Assembly (NCBI GenBank): GCA_965112735.1
Contig: OZ218951.1
Span: forward strand, 4,588,001 to 4,652,000
Reading direction: 5' to 3'
DNA from: Phaeosaccion multiseriatum
Lineage: Eukaryota > Protista > Ochrophyta, other classes
DNA length: 64,000 nt
In this document: piece after piece, positions 23,446-50,465 of the stretch
How the letters are laid out: each line of letters starts with the position of its first letter
How positions within the stretch are numbered: position 1 is the stretch's first letter
The notes under the pieces: model-generated
The model's database searches: none
What the model saw: only the letters and a program-made list of their open reading frames with translations
Told to the model about the DNA's origin: nothing
Program-made: the position numbers and the translations under genes

Positions 23446-24437
23446 GCGCCACCTCCTTCCTTGTATGTAGAACCTTATTGGTGCCTGAGGCTCCAGCGCA
23501 CTCGGGAACTTCAGGCTTGAATTGCTGTGCTTAGCTACCTGCTACCTATGCCGGCGTCAGTCAGCTGGCGCGATACGGTCATATGGGCCAGCTATTTGCT
23601 ACCGCCGGTGGCCAACAGCATGGTAACATAGTCGGTAGCACACGTCAGCTTGTGCATTGTAGGCAGGATTTCGCAAAGTAGAGGAGGTTAGTGGTTAGCA
23701 CCTGCACACGTCGACACTTCGACCAGGTAGGTCTGCCACTGCTTCAAAAGCAGTTCCTTATATAATGGACCCGCCTGTTTGTCTCTAGCAGTCCATTTGA
23801 TTAGACACTGGCAAGGGAGGAAAGGAAGCGGCAACCTTGGAAACGCAGAAAAGCAAGGCCGACACACACACGCACACACCCTGTCTCTCTCTCACACACA
23901 CACCTTCACACACGCACACACACAACACACACGCACACACACTCTCTCTCACGCACACGCACGCACACACCCACCAGCAGTTGGACCCGGATCACAGATG
24001 TCTACTTGCCATGCCACAGCGGTAGGCCGAGGAGAGAGGAAGGGAGGGGAGGAGCAGTGAATGATGGAGATTCGCTGTGGCGATACTGCCTTCTATCTGT
24101 GCTACAGGGGAGTGACGTTTGGGGAGGAAGGGGGAAGAGACGGGATTTACGTAACACCCTTATCGTCATTATCATGACGGACAAACCCACACACACTACC
24201 CACCTCTGCCCTCCCCTATACTCCTGATACGATGAATATCGACATTTGTGAATGAGCACTATATCGACGTAGAATGTCGATGTCAATATCGATGTACATG
24301 CGTGGCCAAGGCCATCACTTCTTTCAGACGCATCTCTCGATAGGTACAACAATACAAGAGTTGACACTACTACTTTCTCTGGAGAGGGGATATCGCAACA
24401 ACCCCGCCTACACCGGCCACGAAATTGATAATGTGGC

Positions 24438-25380
24438 ATCCTCCTCCTCCTCCTCCTCCTCCTCCTCCTCCTCCTCCTCCTCCTCCTCTTCCTCCTCCTC
24501 CTCCTCCTCCTCCTGCTGCTGCTCCTCCACCTCCTCCTCCTCCTCCTCCTCCTCCTGCTGCTGCTGCTGCTCCTCCACCTCCTCCTCCTCCTCCTCCTCC
24601 TCCTCCTCCTCCTCCTCCTCCTCCTCCTCCTCCTCCTCCTCTTCCTCCTCCTCCTCCTCCTCCTCCTCCTCCTCCTCCTCCTCCTCCTCCTCCTCCTCCT
24701 CCTCCTCCTCCTCCTCCTCCTCCTCCTCCTCCTCCTCCTCCTCCTCCTCCTCCTCCTCCTCCTCCTCCTCCTCCTCCTCCTCCTCCTCCTCCTCCTCCTC
24801 CTCCTCCTCCTCCTCCTCCTCCTCCTCCTCCTCCTCCTCCTCCTCCTCCTCCTCCTCCTCCTCCTCCTCCTCCTCCTCCTCCTCCTCCTCCTCCTCCTCC
24901 TCCTCCTCCACCCCCACCACCACCACCACCTCCTCCTCCTCCTCCTCCTCCTTCTCCTCCTCTTCCTCCTCTTCCTCCTCCTCCTCCTCCTCCTCCTCCT
25001 CCTCCTCCTCCTCCTCCTCCTCCTCCTCCTCCTCCTCGCTCCTCCCCCTCCTCCTCGCTCCTCCTGCCTCCTCCTCCTCCTCCTCCTCCTCCTCCTCCTC
25101 CTCCTCCTCCTCCTCCTCCTCCTCCTCCTCCTCCTCCTCCTCCTCCTCCTCCTCCTCCTCCTCCTCCTCCTCTTCCTCCTCCCCCTCCTCCTCCGCGTCC
25201 TCCACCACCTTCTCCACCTCCTCCTCCTCCTCCTCCTCCTCCTCCTCCTCCTCCTCCTCCTCCTCCTCCTCCTCCTCCTCCTCCTCCTCCTCCTCCTCCT
25301 CCTCCTCCTCCTCCTCCTCCTCCTCCTCCTCCTCCTCCTCCTCCTCCTCCTCCTCCTCCTCCTCCTCCTCCTCCTCCCCC
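24438..25380. repeat. ~940-bp interrupted (TCC)n/(GGA)n trinucleotide tract
   Basis: Read directly; no credible host gene found. Confidence 0.95.
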
Positions 25381-25774
25381 CCTTACTTCTTGGCGATCTC
25401 GGAGAGAGACGGAGAGACAAAGGGGCGGTGGCGGCTTTGACATGGGATTAATTTGGGTACTTGCGGTTCAGTTGATTACAGACCTTCAAACCAATGTATC
25501 GATCAATTCTTCTGCCCATCCCCCACCGCACAACATCGATGTAAGAATGGACACAGTATCGACGTACGATATCGATCCATTCATCATCTCGTTCAGTGAG
25601 ACGTGCGGCAAGGTAGAAGGTGCACTGGCAAAATCATCCTCCAACGCCGAAAGTACAAGGCGGACAAGGTGGCCGAGTAGCTAACAAAGCTAACAATCTC
25701 TTTCCTAACGCCACCAATCTACTAGTCTGCTAGCGTTAGTCCACTCCTTGTTCTACTAGCCTCAAGCTACTAGT

Positions 25775-40279
<14,505 letters not shown>

Positions 40280-40482
40280 CTCCTCTGCGCTTCCCACTGC
40301 CGCTGGTAGCGCACTATTTATGAAGGGGAAGGAGGTGTTGGCGTTTCGGACCGCCGTCGGATTTCCTACCCCAAAAACTCAATTAGTAATTCCTTAATTG
40401 CGAGCGATCCACTGTGGTGGAGGGCTTGTGCTTCTCGTGAAGGTGACGGGGTCTCGTCCTCCCCCCCTTCCACACTCTGCTT

Positions 40483-40696
40483 TCGGCCCCCGACAAGGTT
40501 CCCAGGTCAACCAGAGTCCAGGTTCCCAGCGGCGCGGACCTACGAAAGTGGACCTCGACATGAGGGACATCGACGTCGAAATCAGGTTCCAGGTTCGGGA
40601 ACGCCGGCCGTGGCCCAGTTCCAGCCCACGGCCGGCGCCTGCTGGCCAGGCTCCAGGTTCCCACTTTGAGTTTGGCGGAACCTTGTCGCGGGCCGA
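40483..40696. mobile_element. 214-bp MITE-like element with 20-bp TIRs (1 mismatch) and CAGGTTC doublets; same terminal family as 21168-21394
   Basis: TCGGCCCCCGACAAGGTTCC (40483-40502) and GGAACCTTGTCGCGGGCCGA (40677-40696); flanks ACTCTGCTT / TCTCTGCTT (8/9). Confidence 0.85.
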
Positions 40697-40752
40697 TCTC
40701 TGCTTGCACCATGTCGAACATATACCCTGCACGCACGCACTCACACACCTTC

Positions 40753-41208
40753 TCAACAGTTGGGCTTGGGTCTCTTGGATTCAATACCATCCTCTCTTCC
40801 TGCAGGAGGAGGAGGAGGAGGAAGAGAAGGGCCCCTCCTCTCCGTGCTGACGCTGCCGCTGCTGCCCCCCCCTCTGTCCGTGCCGCCGTTCCTAGGCAAT
40901 AGCTTGGCTCTTCTGCTGTGAATCACAACCATCTTCTTCTGTGCCCCGCCGCCGTCGACGCCTGTACCACCAACATCCTCTCCGTCTCGTGCAGTCAAGG
41001 AGGAGGACAACGCGAAGTGCGTTAAGGAGTGCTTGGCAAGGATGCCTGCTGCAGTCTCGGGTATCTGCAGCGAGTCTGCTCTTTGTGCCAGTGTCCGGGA
41101 GGGAGAAAACTCATCAACGGGAAGGACAGCAGCAGGAGCAGCGGGTGCCTCTCCACTCTCGCCCTCGTCTTCGACCTCGCACGGCCCTCCTCCTCTTGCA
41201 ACTCTAGC

Positions 41209-41260
<52 letters not shown>

Positions 41261-42009
41261 ATAGTTTCTGCTTCCGCTGCCGCTGCCGCTTCTGCCTCTA
41301 ATCGTGCGGCCCTGCCTACTTTGATTGGGGGTGGACTATTGTCGCTGGCAGGGCTAGCGTTGGTGTCACCAGGGCTCGACCGGGAGGCGGCCAATCCGGT
41401 CAGGGGGCGGCGTTGCTTCGGGGGAGGGTGGTGCAGAAAGGGACAGGACTGGCCTTTGGAGCACCTCCCCTTGGCATAGTATTTACAAGCATCAGGTACC
41501 GCCTCTCCTCCTCCTACTCTTGTTGTCGGGGCCATCCTCCCGCCGCCATGGACCATCGCACTTCCTGCCGTCTCCTGCTGCTGCTGCTGCGGAGTGTGAT
41601 CAAAGACACAGTTGGCTCCTTCTCTACACCGCCCTGCGAGAAAGTAGTGGCACAGCTTCCCCTTCCTCCGAGGTGCTTGATGACTCATACCCCTACTATT
41701 TGGCAAGGCTCCTCCTCCTCCTCCTGCCGCCGCTCCTGCCGCTCCAGCAGCAGCAGCTGCTGCTGCTGCTGCTCCCATTGGGTCTGCCGGGTGCCGTTGG
41801 CCACACATTAATCCACTGCACCACTCCCGCCTCTCCCACACGGGGCAGATGGTGTCCGCTGAAGTGTAATAGGCACCCTCGCCGTGGCGGAAGGGGCAGT
41901 GAAGGCCCTTTGAGCATCTACCCCGCATCCAGAAGGTGCAGTCTGTCTGTCCGCGGCCCCGAACGTCCCTCGTCGTCGTCCCTCCTCCGCCGCTTTCCCC
42001 CGATTCCAT
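40753..42009 (-). CDS. CCCH zinc-finger protein (four fingers; N-terminal pair ZC3H11A-like)
   Basis: DCTFWMRGRCSKGLHCPFRH...ICPVWERREWCSGLMCGQRH; LCHYFLAGRCREGANCVFDH; ACKYYAKGRCSKGQSCPFLH. Confidence 0.85.
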
Positions 42010-42719
42010 AGCGAATAAGGTCCAATCGGAGGGAAAGAACAGGAGCCGGATTTGCTACTTCGCTGCTCTGCTTCCCCAGCTGCTGCCACTGTTTCCAGAG
42101 AGCCCCCCTTACAGCCAAAGAGCTCACCGAGTACCAGATGGGCGAGGGACACTTCACAGGAGCGCCAATGAAGAGACAGACCAAGAGAGGAAGGAGGTAA
42201 GGAGAAATAAATTGGAAGGAGCCAGCGATGCTCACATGTTCTACATTCGGTACGCCAGTTGTTGATTTTTCTTGTGGTTGAAAGATTCTCGCGCTGCCGC
42301 TCGCCCTCTTCACCTCCTCTCAGCATCATCAGCAGCGCAAGCAGCAAGCAGCAGTCGTCTAAGGTAGGAGGTTTCTTTCCCTGCCGCGCCCTTTCCTTCC
42401 TCTCCCTTTTCTGCTCCCCCCGATTTCTCCCTTCTCTTTCCTCTTTCCCCTCTTCCCGTCCATCCTCTCCCTTTTCTCCTCCCCCCGATTTCTCCTCTCC
42501 TCCCTCCTCCTCTTCGCCCCCATCCCTTTCTTCTCCATTCCGTCCTTTCCCTTCCTTTCCCTTCCTATGCTCTATTTTTCCCCTCCTTTCCCTTTTTCCC
42601 TCCCCTCTCCCTTCCCCCTCCCTCAGTGTCTTATCTTGTCCTTCCCTGCCCATCTCCCTTCGCTCCGCTCCTTCCCTGTGTCCCAACTCAGCGCAGCACT
42701 GGTTGCAGTGACAGCAAGC

Positions 42720-45281
42720 ATGCCGGCTGGGGAAGGCAATGGCGATGCAACAGCAGAGGGAGCGTATGGGGTAGTGGGGCTGAAGGAGTCGTACCCTCCC
42801 TTCTCGCCCAGTGCGACCGCGATGCAGGACTACCAGCGGGAGTACGACGAGAGCGCCAACAACTCCGCTGGCTACTGGGGCACGCAGGCCAACAAGTACC
42901 TCTCCTGGTCCAGGGACTTTGACCAAGTCATGCAGGGGGGGTTTGATAATGGCGACGTAGCCTGGTTCACAGGTGGGCAACTCAACGCCTGCCACAACTG
43001 TATCGACAAACACCTCCCGACCCGGGCAGACCAAGTGGCCATTGTGCACGAGGGGGATGAGCCCGGAGATGTCACCAAGTTCACGTTCAAGCAGGTGCTG
43101 CAGGAGGTGTGCAAGATCGCCAACGCCATGATACAAGAGGGGGTGCGAAAAGGCGACGTGGTGACCATTTACATGCCCATGATTCCAGAAGCGGCCTTTA
43201 CTATGCTCGCGTGTGCGCGCATCGGCGCCCCGCACAGCGTCGTGTTCGCGGGCTTTAGCTCAGAGGTGAGTGACTTGAGTTGTGTGTGTTGTGGTGCCAC
43301 TAGGCAGGAAAGCATGCAGGCAAAATTGGACTGGCGTGTACTTGTCTCTTTCCCTCCTGAGTGTGCCAAAAACTCTTTTCTCTCTTCCTCCCTCTCAGCT
43401 CCAATCATCATGCACTCTAAATTCAATCTTATTGCGTGTGCTGCTCACTTCGACCACAGTTTCAGTTTCAGTTTTATGTGACCTTATCAATACCGAACAC
43501 CCATGCATGAATCACAGGCTCTGCGGGAGCGAATCCTCAACTGCTCCAGCAAGTGGGTGTGTACCACCAACGTGGGTAAGAGGGGCGGCAAGACGCTCAA
43601 GCTCAAAGCCATCTGTGACGCCGCTCTGGAGAACACCCCCTCTGTGGAGAAGCTCTTCACCTTCATGAAGACCGACGAGGTCGTGCCTATGCTGGCGGGG
43701 AGAGATGTGGATATGTCTCAAGTGCTTCCTCTCATGAGGCCTTTCTGCCCGTGCGAGCCCATGTCTGCAGAGGACACGCTCTTCATCCTTTACACCTCGG
43801 TGCGTGGGAGGGGGGGGGGAGGGAGGGAGGGAGGGAGGGAGGGAGGGAGGGAGGGAGGGGGGTTGTGGTGGGTGATTGGGTGAGGGAGGGAGCGAGTGAG
43901 CGAGTTAGCGAGTTAGCAAACTCTCTTTTTGTTCAAATAAACATCCAAACTTCCTTCCCCCCTCCACTCACCTTACTCTTGCTTTACTTCCACGCCCCTC
44001 CTCCCTTTCTCTTTCCACCAACTACACAATGCCCACACCTACTTACTTACTTACTTACTTACACAATACACGTGTGTTGTGATTGAGTAGGGATCAACGG
44101 GCAAGCCCAAGGGTGTCGCGCATACCACGGCGGGTTACCTATTGTACACCGCCATGACCACTGACAAGGTGTTCGGGCTCAGGGAGGGGGACGTATACGC
44201 TTGTGTGGCCGACGTGGGGTGGATCACAGGGCACAGCTACATTGTATACGGGCCACTCACAAATGGCGCAACCACGCTCATGTTTGAGAGCACGCCTCTC
44301 TACCCCGACTGTGGGAGGTATTGGGACGTCGTGCAGCGGCACAAGGTGACCCAATTCTACACGGCACCCACCGCCATTCGCACCCTCATGCGGTTTGGGC
44401 ATGAGGCGACCGACCGTTACGACCTCTCTTCGCTACGTGTGTTGGGCACGGTAGGAGAGCCCATCAACCCGGAGGCGTGGAAGTGGTACTTTGAGCACGT
44501 GGGTAAAGGGCGTTGCAGCATTGTGGACACGTGGTGGCAGACGGAGACGGGAGGGCACATGATGACGCCTTTGCCGGGTATCACCAAGATGAAGCCGGGC
44601 AGCTGCTGCCTGCCCTTCTACGGTATTGTGCCCGCGCTCGTGGACCCCGCGACGGGGGAGGAGGTGCACGGCAATGGAGTGGAGGGCGTGCTCGTGATCA
44701 AGCGACCGTGGCCATCCCTGGCAAGGACGGTGTACGGAGATCACAATCGATACCTCAATGTGTACATGCGTCCTTACAAGGGTTACTTTTTCACGGGCGA
44801 CGCCTGCCGGAGAGACGACGACGGCTTCTACTGGATTACAGGCCGGGTGGATGATGTGATTAACGTATCAGGGCATCGTATCGGCACTGCGGAAGTCGAG
44901 AGCGCCCTCGTTGCGCACCCGAGTGTTTCCGAGGCGGCGGTGGTGGGCTTTCCTGATCCCATCAAGGGGCAGGGTATCATGTGTTACATCACTTTCACCG
45001 AGGGCTTCTCGGACTCTCCGGAGCTGCAAAAGGAGCTCAAGCTGTGTGTGCGGACGGCCATTGGGCCCTTTGCAACGCCGGATCTTCTCCTGCCTGCCCC
45101 CGGTCTGCCCAAGACCCGCAGTGGCAAGATTATGCGTCGCATCCTCCGTAAGATTGCCGAGGGAGAGGAAGATCGACTCGGAGACATTTCCACCCTTGCC
45201 GATCCCAGCGTGGTAGCCACCATCATCGCCAGCCTTCACGCCGCCAAGGACGCCAGGGACGCAAAGAAGGCCAAGTTGTAA
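42720..45281 (+). CDS. acs: Acetyl-CoA synthetase (AMP-forming) with C-terminal PTS1 (-AKL)
   Basis: Exons 42720-43265, 43518-43799, 44091-45281. [11 protein letters not shown] is split across intron 2; [33 protein letters not shown]. Confidence 0.97.
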
Positions 45282-45656
45282 CGCTTTGTAACGCTTGTAA
45301 CGATTCAAATGATTTGTTTGGGCATTGTTTTAGTTGGGGGGGGGGGGAGGTGCGGATGTCGCCTTCTCTCCCCTCATGCATGCATATATACATGCATACA
45401 TACATACATACATACATACATACATACATACATACATACATACATACATACATACAACGCAAAGCATTGGTGTGAAGGCCACGTCGCTGAGAAGCATTCC
45501 CTCCCCCTTTGCCGGAATAGAGCATTCAGAAGAAAAAAAACAATTGATACGTAAGTGAGTGCCCTTCTCAGCCTGGCCCTCGTCCTCAGCTCAGCCCATC
45601 GCTATCCCACCTTCCCAACGCCCTGACCACACCGCACGTAAGAGGTGCTCCTTTCA

Positions 45657-47321
45657 TCATACCATCTCCTCCGCCACCTCCTGCAGCACCTCAGGGCCAA
45701 CCTCTCTCTGCGACACCTTCAGCCTCCCTTCCTTGCCAAAGAGAAGGTCAGTGCCCCGCATCAGGTCCAACGCTCTTTGTGACGCAAAGTGATGCCTGTC
45801 CGCGGCATGGAGGAACTGAACACAGGCTCCTGCATTGTTCAGCTCTCGCGCTTTTGTCAGGGCCTTTGCCAGTGAGGCCCCTCCTGAGAGCAGTTCCAGC
45901 GCCGCCCCGCTGTGGCCCTCCACTGCTGCACGAAACAAGGGTGTTCCACCGGCATGGCCCTCATTGTCAGGATCAGCCCCCGCAGACAGGAGAACATGGA
46001 TCACTACGCCATGGCCCTTTATGGCAGCAATGCGCAAAGCTGTCACCCCATAACGATCGAGCATCTCTACATCGGCCCCCCCTGAGATGAGCTCCTCCAC
46101 GACACGAGCATGGTCATTTAAAGACGCCAGGTGTATCGCTCCATGCCCGTCGCCATCAATCGCATTCACCTCTGCACCAGCCCTCACCAGCTTTCGCACA
46201 ATGGTTCTGTGTCCTTTCAAAGAGGCTTGCTCCACTGCAGTTCTCATGCTCTCGCCGTTACGCCTGTCGAGGTCAGCGCCAGCTGCAATGAGCTGATCAA
46301 CCACCACGCCATGACCTTGCTCACTCGCTAAACCAAGCGGAAACACTCTGTCGCGGCGTGCCAAATTCGCATCTGCCCCAGCGGTGAGCAGCAGCTGTGT
46401 GACCCTGTGGTGTCCAAGTTGTGCGGCCACCAGCAAGGGGGTGAAACGTTGCAAGTCTCCGACTCCATGGTGGTCGGGATTAGCACCGGCCGACAGCAGC
46501 TGCTGCACCACTGCATGATGTCCTCCCTCCGAGGCACAAAGCAAGGCAGTCCCGCTATCGGAAGAAGCATGGTCGACCTTCGCGCCGGCCGAAAGCAGCC
46601 TCTGGACTACATTGTCATGCCCTCCTAATGAAGCTTGTCGGAGCGCCGACAGCCCTTGCGTCCCTTCCCAATTGACCTTCGCACCCGCCGACAGCAGCTG
46701 CCGCACCACGACCTCATGTCCCTCCTCTGATGCGCAGATCAACGGAGTAACGTCAACACCGTTTGTCAATGCATTCTTAGCCAATCTCACCACCTCGTTA
46801 ACATCAGCACCAGCAGAGAGGAGCTGTTGTACTACAACAATAGCAGCATCCCCACACAAACAGGCCTCAACCAATGGTGTCAACCCGGTTGAAGGCTTTC
46901 GAGCATTAGGTAAGGACCCCTCTTGCAGCAAAAACGCAATTACGTCACTCCCTCTTCTCCACCTTATAGCTGCGTGGAGCGCGATGTCTCCTGCCTCATT
47001 GAGGGGCTCGTCCAAGCATGCCTTCCTCCCTCCATTCTCAGCGATGAGGGCCCTCACAGCCGCTTTCACGTTCCGAAGGCTCTTGCCATGTGAGATGGCA
47101 TCAAAAAGGCGGGCAGCCTGTGACAAGCAAGAACACAGGGCGTCAGTGACTACTGTGTTGGATGGGAAGAACCACACAAACGCGCGGGAGCACTCAAAGG
47201 CGGCTGCGCGGTCGTCACCCTGCCATGGATCAATGAATGGGGTGGGAGGAGGTGGTGCATGGCACACATACTATACAACCTCTTGCCTTGCCCTCACCTC
47301 GCTACTGTAGGATCTCTGCAT
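45657..47321 (-). CDS. Ankyrin-repeat protein (about 12 repeats)
   Basis: Short first exon MQRSYSSE (47321-47298) splices in frame to 47117. Repeated TPL..A...GH..VV..LLSAGA.VN. The 3' end may have a further exon. Confidence 0.9.
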
Positions 47322-47615
47322 GCTGAGAGGGTGAAGGCGGGGTAGTGGGGCGAGACGGCAGAGAGAGAGAGAGGGAAGGCAGAGGGATGGCGAGAGTCGA
47401 GCTCAGTGTTAAGGCGGGGCAGTTGGGCGAGAGGCAGAGAGGATATCTATCCAGAGAGAGAGGGAAGGCAGAGGATCGGAAGGATTACGGATGGCACCAG
47501 AAGGTGATCACATTTCCTCTCTCTTGTCTGTACGATTATCTCTTTACAATGTACGGCTAACAGAAAGAACAGAGAGAATGTGGTAGGACAGTGCTGCAGC
47601 GTGCTGAGGCGCACG

Positions 47616-47683
47616 ATGGCCGACAATGACGGGCAGGTCAAGGAGAAAACCATATCCCAAAGTACGGAAGGCTTTGATTGTGC

Positions 47684-47719
<36 letters not shown>

Positions 47720-49232
47720 CCCCCTTTCTCTTCCTATTACATCCTGCCGGAGTGAGCCGCCGTTCACGCCTCAGCCACTGCGATTCAATCTGTTTTTTAC
47801 CACAGCATGTTGTTTTGCCTCCTTCGCTCCTCTGCAGGGGTGATGAAGCTGGTGCTCGCGAATGCCATGGCGGAGCTCAATAGGACGGCCCAAGGGGCAG
47901 CAGAGGGGAGTGAAGAGGAGGGGAAAGGTGTATCAGTTGCAGAAGCAGCAGCAGCAGCAGGGGGGGGGGGGGGGCAGAACGAGGACCGCTCCCACCGCTG
48001 CCCGCTTCTTGCAACGTGTCGAGCCTGGGCAGTGGGCCCAAGAACTTACTCCCTCTCCTCAATAGTTGCGCTTGCGAGTTTGTGCGCCTCCTCACCTCGG
48101 AGGCCAATGACGTGTGTGCAAAGGTGAGCAAGCGCAGGGCAGAACACCTTCAAGGGAGAGTGGGCGTCGGCTTGCTCTATGAGCTCGACAAATGAAGAAC
48201 TCCACCACCCACCCGCCCCGCCCCTCCATCCTCCCCTCCTGACAGGAAAACAGGGTCCTCGTCAATCTCAGTCACCTCACCAAGGCACTGCAGGTGTTTG
48301 TAACAGGACCCAGGGATCTTGTGATGCAGATCTGCGTGAGGGCGGTGGAAGGGCTGTGGATTTCGTGTCGTAGTTGTGCTCCAGCATGTATGAATGGACG
48401 CATGCATGTCCGACCACCCCAGCCTTGAAGAATAGAACAACTAGACAACAACAAGAGTCTTGTTTTGTTGAAGTACTACAACTAGACAACAACAAGAGTC
48501 TTGTTTTGTTGAAGTACTGTCTGTAGCAACCAGTGCCTCTTGATCTAAGTGCACGAGATTGCTGTTGCTCACCCTTGGTGTGTGTCGTGTCCCCTCTCCC
48601 TGTGACACTCTCCCAGAACGAACCGAGGCATCCGATTGCTGCTGCTCACCTTTGTTCTCTCCCCTTTCCCTCCATCCATCACTCAGAACTTGGGCTTTGA
48701 TGAGTTCATAGAGGCTGCCAAGGACGCGGGGACGCCGGACGAGGTATGCTAGTGAAGTGTTTGTGTGTGTGTGTGTGTGCGTGTGTGTGTGTGTGTGTGT
48801 TTGTGCGTGTGTGTGTCTGGTTTCCGGTTTGTGTATTTGTGTGTGTGTGTGTGTGCGTAGCGTGCGTCTTACTAGTGTAACTGCATGGCAGGGGAAGGGG
48901 CGAAAACCACTGCTAAGCATCCCGTCGGCCTACCGAGCCAACCAACGCCAAAACGACCTCTCCCTCCCCCCCTCCCGCCATGCTTCCCTACTCGTCTGTT
49001 GTACCACGTCCGCCCGCCGTCGTGTATGGACTGACTGACTGGCACTATTATTATATATTATCGTACTGACCCGACTGATGGACTGATGGACCGATCGCCT
49101 GGAGCAAAGAAGGAGAAGGAGGGCCGGAAGATGAAGCGGGAGAAGAAGAAGCGCAGGAAGCTGACGGCTGCGGAAGAGGCAGACCTCGCCGCTGAGCAGG
49201 ACGCGCTCTTGGCAGGGGCGCATCGCACCTAG
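47616..49232 (+). CDS. DR1: NC2-beta / Dr1 histone-fold protein (apparent frameshift in G15 run at 47960-47974)
   Basis: Exons 47616-47661, 47838-48123, 48246-48293, 48687-48743, 49110-49232. LLNSCACEFVRLLTSEANDVCAKENRVLVNLSHLTKALQNLGFDEFI and EEADLAAEQDALLAGA match the Dr1 histone fold and C-terminal helix. Not present as one ORF in the track. Confidence 0.85.
48437..48518. repeat. Perfect 41-bp tandem duplication, each unit containing an imperfect hairpin (intronic)
   Basis: ACAACTAGACAACAACAAGAGTCTTGTTTTGTTGAAGTACT x2. Confidence 0.9.
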
Positions 49233-50465
49233 AGCAGAGCTACAGCAAGAAGGGTAGAGTATACAACGCTAAAGCAAGGCTAAAGAAAAGCTAAAGCCAA
49301 GGCTAAGCAACAGGGAATAGTGTGTGTGTATATAAGGTGTAAAGTAAAGAAGTGGCGGCGGGGGGGGGGGCGGGGGTCTTTCCGCCTTCTCCCAATGGCC
49401 ATAGGACTCCGTTCAGTCAACAGGGGGGGAAGAAGAGACTTCGTGGTAGGTCGTGTGTGAGAATGCACACCCGGTGTGTAATAAACCAATCCAAAGGCAT
49501 CGACGTAATATATTTAATGGTCTACTTATATATCTTATTCAGGTGTGCTCCTTGATCGGCATGGTGTGCATCACAACCAAACCCCAGGGGCAGAGCTTCC
49601 TTCCCACCGTATGCGTTTCGAATGGTCGCATACTGTGTGAAAGAATAATGTGGGGGGGGGGGGAGTGAAAAAAAAAAGAAGTGGACGCCACAGGACGGAG
49701 ATGATACATCGAGGAGGACGCGAACCAAAACCCATTGCTCCCATCTTCGAAGGGTACGTGAACGCTCCAGCATGAAGGAAGTTCTAAAGCCATTCTTGCG
49801 CTCTCTGAAGAGGAAGAACACCGAAAACTCACCTCTTCGAACTAACTACCCCTGTTGTCTCTCTTGACTCCCCCCCCCCCTTTGCTCCCCTCGGAAGCAT
49901 GCCCTTTCCCCCCTCGCTTTTCCTTGCTCCACTTACGACCTTCGCCCCCTGCCACCGCCCCGGACACCACAGCCAGGCTGATCGATGGATAGATCGGTCG
50001 AGTTTTTGGATGGATGATTGGATGAATGAATGTTTCCATAAACCAGTGCCGATGATGGATGGCCAGAGAGAGCAAAGAGAAGAGTCAGGCAAGGAGGGAG
50101 GGAGGGAGGAGGGGAGGGAGGGAGGGAGGGAGGGAGGGAGGGAGGGAGGGAGGGAGGGAGGGGAGAAGAAATACATGATGAGCAGGCGGTGAGCGCCACA
50201 CAGATTCACCATTCTCACGAGCCTCCCAAAGATGGATGGAAGGAAGGAAGGAAGGAAGGAAGGAAGGAAGGAAGGAAGGAAGGAAGGGAGGAAGGAAGGG
50301 AGGGAGGGATCGAGGGAGGAGGAAGGAAGCAAGGAAGGAAGGAAGGAAGGAAGAAGCATGCAAGGAAGCCAGTACCGCAAGCAAGCACGAAGGAAGGAAG
50401 TGCGCTACGGCGGGATAAGAGACACAGAAGTTGACTCATGCATGTGTCTCCATCAACTCACTCAC

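Noticed and set aside
23688-24010. Exon-like fragments (AGPLYKELLLKQWQTYLVEV)
   Set aside because: Could not be joined to any upstream exon with a consistent frame.
24002-25684. Long poly-R/S/G/E/P ORFs
   Set aside because: All are translations of the (TCC)n tract, with no splice or domain support.
40383-40790. 135-aa ORF as a second exon of the CCCH gene
   Set aside because: It runs through the 214-bp TIR element, and the CCCH ORF already stops at 40753.
41808-43235. 475-aa minus-strand ORF (and similar antisense ORFs over acs, the ankyrin gene and the giant gene)
   Set aside because: Antisense shadows of GC-rich coding sequence and purine-rich UTR.
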